A stretch of 42,251 nucleotides of DNA from NCBI GenBank assembly GCA_002269645.1, contig NIVC01002535.1, forward strand, positions 1 to 42,251, given 5' to 3'. Below are positions 35,101 through 42,251 of the stretch, in pieces. The translations under genes were made by a program, and so were the position numbers. Below the pieces are notes generated by a model that was not told the DNA's origin, did not search any database, and worked only from the letters and a program-made list of their open reading frames with translations. This DNA comes from Macrostomum lignano. Lineage: Eukaryota. The first letter of the stretch is position 1. Each line of letters opens with the position of its first letter.

Positions 35101-35778
35101 AGCCCCACAGCACTGTATCCGATGAGGACTATAAGCCCCACAGCACTGTATCCGATGAGGACTATAAGCCCCACAGCACTGTATCCGATGAGGACTATAA
35201 GCCCCACAGCACTCCATGGCTGATACAGTGCTCTCCCCATCAGCGTTTCAGCATCAGCGCTCTCCCCATCGCCGCAGGCGGGTCATCTTAGGCGGCATTC
35301 TGGCATCCACCGCTCGCGCCATAATCGAGTGCCCGCTTGAAGTGGCGAAAATCCGTCGCCAAACTGGCCAAACTTGGACCCTGGGCGGACTCTACAGCGG
35401 TTTCAGCGTCACCTGGGTTCGAACCCTCGGCCTAATGACTACTTACTTTGTTTTAATTGACTCCGGTCGGAGACATTTTCCGGACTTTTTTCCCGTTCAG
35501 TTGCTGGACCATTCCTGGCATCGGGAATGGCTGCGACAGCCGCCTGGTGGCTCGTGTGGCCGCTGGAGTACATGAAGAGCCAGGTGCAGGGCCAGTATGG
35601 CCAGCCCATGCCAATCCTTGCCAGGCTCAGGCTCACTATTCAGCAGCGAGGCGGCTTCTTCGGACTTTATCGCGGCCTGCTGCCGGGCACCATTCGCAGC
35701 TTCTTAGCTAACGGCACTTCAATGGTTGTTATGCAGTTTGCTCAACGGAAAGTCTCCGAATTAGGATTGCGAGGCTAG
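32145..35778 (+). CDS. SLC25 mitochondrial carrier, copy 2; exons 32145-32356, 32446-32577, 35278-35778, same 1-nt frameshift
   Basis: ORF-track translations are identical to copy 1. Confidence 0.88.
32680..35213. repeat. 32-33-bp minisatellite in SLC25 intron 2, copy 2, interrupted by the MITE
   Basis: Read directly. Confidence 0.97.
33131..33902. mobile_element. Non-autonomous DNA transposon (MITE), 772 bp, 17-bp perfect TIRs, 4-bp TSD ATAA
   Basis: GGCTCATTCCATATAAG ... CTTATATGGAATGAGCC. The repeat unit ACTATAAGCCC is split as ACTATAA|element|ATAAGCCC. AT-rich, no ORF, absent from copy 1. Confidence 0.92.
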
Positions 35779-35892
35779 GCCTTGGATATGAACTTGCCTA
35801 CTTGTAGTAGACATGTGCTGATGAAATACTCCTACAACTTTAATTATTCATACTACTACCCGTTTCCTGCTACCCAGCCTTAAGTAATTCAA

Positions 35893-36411
35893 ATCTGCCT
35901 CTCTGCTCCCCTTAGTGTCCTTGAATCTGCCTCTCTGCTCCCCTCAGTGTCCTTGAATCTGCCTCTCTGCTCCCCTCAGTGTCCTTGAATCTGCCTCTCT
36001 GCTCCCCTCAGTGTCCTTGAATCTGCCTCTCTGCTCCCCTCAGTGTCCTTGAATCTGCCTCTCTGCTCCCCTCAGTGTCCTTGAATCTGCCTCTCTGCTC
36101 CCCTCAGTGTCCTTGAATCTGCCTCTCTGCTCCCCTCAGTGTCCTTGAATCTGCCTCTCTGCTCCCCTCAGTGTCCTTGAATCTGCCTCTCTTCTCCCCT
36201 CAGTGTCCTTGAATCTGCCTCTCCGCTCCCCTCAGTGTCCATGAATCTGCCTCTCCGCTCCCCTCAGTGTCCATGAATCTGCCTCTCCGCTCCCCTCAGT
36301 GTCCTTGAATCTGCCTCTCCGCTCCCCTCAGTGTCCATGAATCTGCCTCTCCGCTCCCCTCAGTGTCCTTGAATCTGCCTCTCCGCTCCCCTCAGTGTCC
36401 TTGAATCTGCC
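35893..36411. repeat. 32-bp minisatellite, copy 2 (~16 units)
   Basis: Read directly. Confidence 0.97.
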
Positions 36412-37233
36412 ACCCCTCTACTTAAATTTGATATTACTTCCAATCCAATAACTAACTGGTGCACGTTATTAATCCGTGTTAGGAAGAAATCGGGATCAAT
36501 GAAATGTGCATTTCCATCTGTTTTGTATAATATAAGTTTTAATCATGACCCGACACTTAGTCATTTTTCATCTACCAGTTACTAATTAAGTCAATTGGCA
36601 TATATTAATCTATTCCAAATGCATTGTAATTTGAATTTTTCGATCATGTTTTATAAATCCCAGCTAGCCAGACTTCACCTACTGTTACAAAATGTTATTA
36701 GGTAGTTTTTACACGAGCTCATTATTTTTACTACGTCATTTTATGACTGGCCGCTTCCAGTGCCTAAAATGAGCCATGGATTTTTGAGTAAGTCGAGTAG
36801 GTCTGCTCATGTTGCTCTGGTGTCATAAAAAATTAAATATACACTTTTTGTTGCTTACTGCTGCTAAATGATTTGCCCGTGTAAATGAGTATTTGAAAAC
36901 CTGAGTAAATTGCAATTAAACCCTTGAATGTATTAATCAATGTGCGGGTCTGCAGACTAAATGCTAATCAATTAAATAATGTTGAACACGAAACGCCAAA
37001 CAGATTATAAGTACTCGTATTTGCCCGAACTAATTAAATCCAGTACAAAATTAATCTCAGTGTAGGGAATACTTTATTAAATTATATTTCAGTCAACAAT
37101 ACAGTTACAGTACATGGTTAGCAACTAGAAATAATCTGATTGAGTCCCACAGTTCAAAGGCCAGTGATCATGGGCGGTGTCCGGTCCGTGTCCGAGGTCA
37201 GTGGGTGCAGCGGAGCACCTGCCTACAGTCTAC

Positions 37234-37503
37234 CTACTTGCCTAGCGGCAGGTGGCGGTAGATCCTGTAGGCCCTGCTGGCAACGCGGAGCACCCTCCTC
37301 CACCTGATGCGGATGCGGCGAAGGAGCCACTTCTTCTGCAGCTCGGCGGCCCTCTCGTCCGTCATCTCCGGCTCGTCCATGTCGGCCAGAGCCTCCAGCG
37401 CCGCCATCGCCTCCGCGTCCTCTTGGCTGTTCTCCTGGCTGTTGGGTCTGGCGGCGGCCAGGGCTGCGCACAGCAGGAGTCCGAGAACAAACTGCCACCT
37501 CAT
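37234..37503 (-). CDS. Secreted cationic peptide precursor (candidate antimicrobial peptide), copy 2, 89 aa
   Basis: Protein identical to copy 1. Confidence 0.85.
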   Translation of the reverse strand: MRWQFVLGLLLCAALAAARPNSQENSQEDAEAMAALEALADMDEPEMTDERAAELQKKWLLRRIRIRWRRVLRVASRAYRIYRHLPLGK

Positions 37504-37602
37504 GATGAAGAAGTTAAGAGCTGTAGCCTGATGAAGCTGAGAAGCTGGTAGAGTTATCTAGCCTTGGCTGCTTGGTTGTCCGCTAAGCATCCAAGGGCCC
37601 TG

Positions 37603-37610
37603 TATTTATA
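37603..37610 (-). promoter_or_regulatory. TATA box of peptide gene copy 2
   Basis: TATAAATA 100 nt upstream of the ATG. Confidence 0.7.
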
Positions 37611-37961
37611 GTGTAGAAATCAGCACGTTTTTCCGGTCGTTGGAATGCCAAGGGCTCCGCTGTGTCCCCTTCACGTGCTGCCGTCTTTTCTTGGATGGTT
37701 AGACCCTTACAGTATGTCTTAGCCATCTTTTAGCTTTATTGTCCATTTGTCCACTCATTGCCAAGGCTCTGAGGGCATTGAACTTGAATACTACTGCATT
37801 TGAATTGAATTTGTTGTACAAATTTGTCGAATTGAATTTGTGCACAAGCGCGGCATTGAACTCTACAGCGCTGCCCAAGCTCTTACGAGTATAGTAGCTT
37901 CTATTGAGAACAATAGAGCTTGCTGTTCTCATAACTCCCCCCCCAGCCACCTAGCCAAAGA

Positions 37962-38073
37962 CACTCTAGCTAGCGCCACTGGGCAGGGTGCGGGGAGAGG
38001 TCACAGCTTCCAGAGAGCACTCTAGCTAGCGCCACTGGGCAGGGTGCGGGGAGAGGTCACAGATTCCAGAGAG
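37962..38073. repeat. Two-copy 56-bp direct repeat in the unique spacer
   Basis: CACTCTAGCTAGCGCCACTGGGCAGGGTGCGGGGAGAGGTCACAG.TTCCAGAGAG twice. Confidence 0.9.
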
Positions 38074-38195
38074 ATGTTAGCAAAGAAGCGACTCTACTAG
38101 AGCTGATTAAGTTTCAAACCAAAGTTTAAAAATTGAAGAACATGCTTCCTAAGAATTTAAAAATGTTTCTGAAGCCTAATGTTGACCTCTGTGTT

Positions 38196-39060
38196 GACCT
38201 CCCCAAGAATATGGCAAATCTCCCCAAGAATATGGCAAATCTCCTCAAGAATATGGCGAATCTCCCCAAGAATATGGTGAATCTCCCCAAGAATATAGCC
38301 AATCTCCCGAAGAATATGGCAAATCTCCCCAAGAATATGGCGAATCTCCAAAAGAATATGGCGAATCTACAAAATTTTATAGGGCGAATCTCCACAAGAA
38401 TATGGCAAATCTCCCCAATAATATGGCGAATCTCCAAAAGAATATGGTGAATCTCCCAGAGAATATGGCGAATCTCCCCAAGAATATGGCGAATCTCCAA
38501 AAGAATATGGCGAATCTCCAAAAGAATATGGCGAATCTCCACAAGAATATGGCGAATCTCCCCAAGAATATGACAAATCTCCTCAAGAATATGGCGAATC
38601 TCCCCAAGAATATGACAAATCTCCCCAAGAATATGGCGAATCTCCCCAAGAATATGGCAAATCTCCTCAAGAATATGGCGAATCTCCCCAAGAATATGGC
38701 GAATCTCCAAAAGAATATGGCGAATCTCCAAAAGAATATGGCGAATCTCCACAAGAATATGGCGAATCTCCCCAAGAATATGACAAATCTCCCCAAGAAT
38801 ATGGCGAATCTCCAAAAGAATATGGCAAATCTCTCCAAGAATATGGCAAATCTCCCCAAGAATATGGCGAATCTCCAAAAGAATATGGTGAATCTCCCAG
38901 AGAATATGGCGAATCTCCCCAAGAATATGGCGAATCTCCAAAAGAATATGGTGAATCTCCCAGAGAATATGGCGAATCTCCACAAGAATATGGCGAATCT
39001 CCCGAAGACTATGGCGAATCTCCCGAAGAATATGGCGAATCTCCCCGAGAATATGACGAA
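38196..39060. repeat. 21-bp minisatellite AAGAATATGGCGAATCTCCCC (~41 units)
   Basis: Read directly. Confidence 0.97.
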
Positions 39061-39087
39061 TCGCCACGCGCACATTACATACGCTCG

Positions 39088-39460
39088 TATCTAAGCTAAT
39101 TTACCTGAGCACATTGCATATCTAAGCTAATTTACCTGAGCACATTGCATATCTAAGCTAATTTACCTGAGCACATTGCATATCTAAGCTAATTTACCTG
39201 AGCACATTGCATATCTAAGCTAATTTACCTGAGCACATTGCATATCTAAGCTAATTTACCTGAGCACATTGCATATCTAAGCTAATTTACCTGAGCACAT
39301 TGCATATCTAAGCTAATTTACCTGAGCACATTGCATATCTAAGCTAATTTACCTGAGCACATTGCATATCTAAGCTAATTTACCTGAGCACATTGCATAT
39401 CTAAGCTAATTTACCTGAGCACATTGCATATCTAAGCTAATTTACCTGAGCACATTGCAT
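39088..39460. repeat. 31-bp repeat, inverted copy, 12 units
   Basis: Read directly. Confidence 0.95.
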
Positions 39461-39924
39461 CTGGGAAAATCTTTCTGAACAACAGAAAAAATTATGATAT
39501 CGGGGTCTTGCAGAATCAGCGTCAGGGCGCATCTGTCTGGGCTTGGACGCGAACGTAGGCCTCGCGCTGACCGAATCTGGGGCTCCGGGGATCTTGCGGC
39601 CTGCCAGCAGGAGTCGCCAGCATCGGAACAGGTCGGCGCGGTGCATAAGACTACGGTTTTCAGCGTGTTGGCCACCAAGCATGCCGAGCCGCCTTGACGG
39701 TTCGCGTCGACCCACGCGTCACCGCAACAGAAGTTCTCGTCGAAGGAAGAGCAGTTCGCAGCGTACAGTGAAGCACCAGAACGAACCGGAACGGCGCCTA
39801 ACGAATTCCTTGAAGCACCTCAGAGGATATGTTAGCACAGCAGCCTTCATAACACGGCACATCGTTTTGGTTGCAGAAAGCAGCTGCTCTGGTATAATTG
39901 AGACATCTGAACAAATCTACATGA

Positions 39925-41185
39925 GCATATGGCATCTGAGCATATGGCATCTGAGCATATGGCATCTGAGCATATGGCATCTGAGCATATGGCATCTGAG
40001 CATATGGCATCTGAGCATATGGCATCTGAGCATATGGCATCTGAGCATATGGCATCTGAGCATATGGCATCTGAGCATATGGCATCTGAGCATATGGCAT
40101 CTGAGCATATGGCATCTGAGCATATGGCATCTGAGTATATGGCATCTGAGCAAATAGGATCTGAGCATATGGCATCTAAGCATATGGCATCCGAGCATAT
40201 GGCATCTGAGCATATGGCATCTGAGCATATGGCATCTGAGCATATGGCATCTGAGCAAATAGGATCTGAGCATATGGCATCAGAGTATATGGTATCTGAG
40301 CATATGGTATACCTGAGCATATGGCATCTGAGCATATGGCATCTGAGCATATGGCATCTGAGCAAATAGGATCTGAGCATATGGCATCTGAGCATATGGC
40401 ATCTGAGCAAATAGGATCTGAGCATATGGCATCTGAGCATATGGCATCTGAGCATATGGCATCTGAGCATATGGGATCTGAGCATATGGCATCTGAGCAT
40501 ATGGCATCTGAGCAAATAGGATCTGAGCATATGGCATCTGAGCATATGGCATCTGAGCATATGGCATCTGAGCATATGGCATCTGAGCAAATAGGATCTG
40601 AGCATATGGCATCTGAGCAAATAGGATCTGAGCATATGGCATCTGAGCAAATAGGATCTGAGCATATGGCATCTGAGCAAATAGGATCTGAGCAAATGGC
40701 ATCTGAGCATATGGCATCTGAGCATATGGCATCTGAGCAAATAGGATCTGAGCATATGGCATCTGAGCAAATAGGATCTGAGCATATGGCATCTGAGCAT
40801 ATGGCATCTGAGCATATGGCATCTGAGCAAATAGGATCTGAGCATATGGCATCTGAGCAAATAGGATCTGAGCATATGGCATCTGAGCAAATAGGATCTG
40901 AGCATATGGCATCTGAGCATATGGCATCTGAGCAAATAGGATCTGAGCATATGGCATCTGAGCAAATAGGATCTGAGCATATGGCATCTGAGCAAATAGG
41001 ATCTGAGCATATGGCATCTGAGCATATGGCATCTGAGCATATGGCATCTGAGCAAATAGGATCTGAGCATATGGCATCTGAGCAAATAGGATCTGAGCAT
41101 ATGGCATCTGAGCATATGGGATCTGAGCATATGGCATCTGAGCATATGGCATCTGAGCATATGGCATCTGAGCATAAGGCATCTC
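39925..41185. repeat. 15-bp minisatellite, inverted copy (longer than copy 1)
   Basis: Read directly. Confidence 0.97.
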
Positions 41186-41983
41186 AGCATGATACCCGAG
41201 AAAACACTAGAGCCAAGCAAGCTTCGTGAGTCTTTAATAGTTGTTGAGTATAGGACAAGTTAAAATTATTGACAGAAACGTTATTTTCCAGATTCTTAAA
41301 AAATTATTGCATGCAGAACTCAAAATTACACGTAGAAGTTAATTAAATGTAGGACCTAGAAAGCATCATATCATTTAAAAAATTGATAAGGATAAGTTGC
41401 TCGTAACATGAACTATTGTACTTATTTCTGCAGTGTGTACTACGAACAGCAGAAACTTCAAATGAAAAGACAAATGCGTTTTAGATGTTCAAAGAAAAAA
41501 ACTTCATTGGTGAAGTGAATCAGCTGCCGATCACAATCAAACATCTTGTCAGCAGTGATGCACAACATGCTTGTTCAGCCCAAATCGTTATCTCAAAGCA
41601 GCGAACTTGAACTCGACCTGAGGTGTCCAGACAGCCCTCTCCAATCTCAAACTCAACTTTTAGGCTTCTATAAAATGGAATACACAATTTTAGCGACTCA
41701 ACCTTTAGCTATTGTTCTCAACTACTTGAGAAGCTCAGTGTGCTTTCTATAACACATTGCATGCAGGCGGGCAGGCCAACAAATTCAATTCAAATGCAGT
41801 AGTATTCAAGTTCAATGCCCTGCAGAGCCTTGGCAATGAGTGGACAAATGGACAATAAAGCTAAAAGATGGCTAAGACATACTGTAAGGGTCTAACCATC
41901 CAAGAAAAGACGGCAGCACGTGAAGGGGACACAGCGGAGCCCTTGGCATTCCAACGACCGGAAAAACGTGCTGATTTCTACAC

Positions 41984-41991
41984 TATAAATA
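41984..41991 (+). promoter_or_regulatory. TATA box of peptide gene copy 3
   Basis: TATAAATA 100 nt upstream of ATG 42091. Confidence 0.7.
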
Positions 41992-42090
41992 CAGGGCCCT
42001 TGGATGCTTAGCGGACAACCAAGCAGCCAAGGCTAGATAACTCTACCAGCTTCTCAGCTTCATCAGGCTACAGCTCTTAACTTCTTCATC

Positions 42091-42251
42091 ATGAGGTGGC
42101 AGTTTGTTCTCGGACTCCTGCTGTGCGCAGCCCTGGCCGCGCCAGCCCAACAGCCAGGAGAACAGCCAAGAGGACGCGGAGGCGATGGCGGCGCTGGAGG
42201 CTCTGGCCGACATGGACGAGCCGGAGATGACGGACGAGAGGGGCCGCCGAG
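42091..42251 (+). pseudogene. Peptide precursor copy 3, partial (window end), with two 1-nt deletions near 42139-42146; pseudogene or consensus error
   Basis: GCCGCGCCAGCCCAAC versus GCCGCCGCCAGACCCAAC in copies 1 and 2. Confidence 0.65.

Larger units (their letters stand above)
30290..37816 (+). repeat. Segmental duplication unit A, copy 2 (direct)
   Basis: Near-identical to 20997-28158; differs by the MITE, array lengths and a few SNPs and indels. Confidence 0.95.
38980..42251 (-). repeat. Inverted duplicate of ~27688-30287 (block B plus peptide gene), running off the window end
   Basis: Reverse-complement match of the unique segments (e.g. 41170-42251 vs 27688-28760; 39460-39925 vs 29490-29955). 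Confidence 0.95.

Overview
Eukaryotic (intron-containing, metazoan-type) genomic DNA in which short GC-rich exons are separated by introns filled with gene-specific minisatellites. The style resembles a free-living flatworm such as Macrostomum, but that is inference only. The left half carries three conserved single-copy genes: NOL12/RRP17-like (-), Rab geranylgeranyltransferase alpha (+; Q-rich insert, probable GC-AG intron, tRNA-derived SINE in intron 1) and PHACTR (-). The right half (~21.0 kb to the end) is a complex amplification. A ~7.2-7.5 kb unit (long hairpin, SLC25 mitochondrial carrier, intronless secreted-peptide gene) occurs twice in direct orientation, and an inverted third copy runs off the window end. 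The most interesting element is the amplified 89-aa gene. It has a signal peptide, an acidic propiece, a KK site and a 29-aa Arg-rich amphipathic peptide ending in a Gly-Lys amidation signal, which is the architecture of a host-defence (antimicrobial) peptide precursor, and I do not recognise its family. A 772-bp MITE with 17-bp TIRs is present in only one duplicate. Most long ORFs in the supplied track are tandem-repeat artefacts. Exon structures were derived by hand from splice signals and reading frame; no database searches were run.
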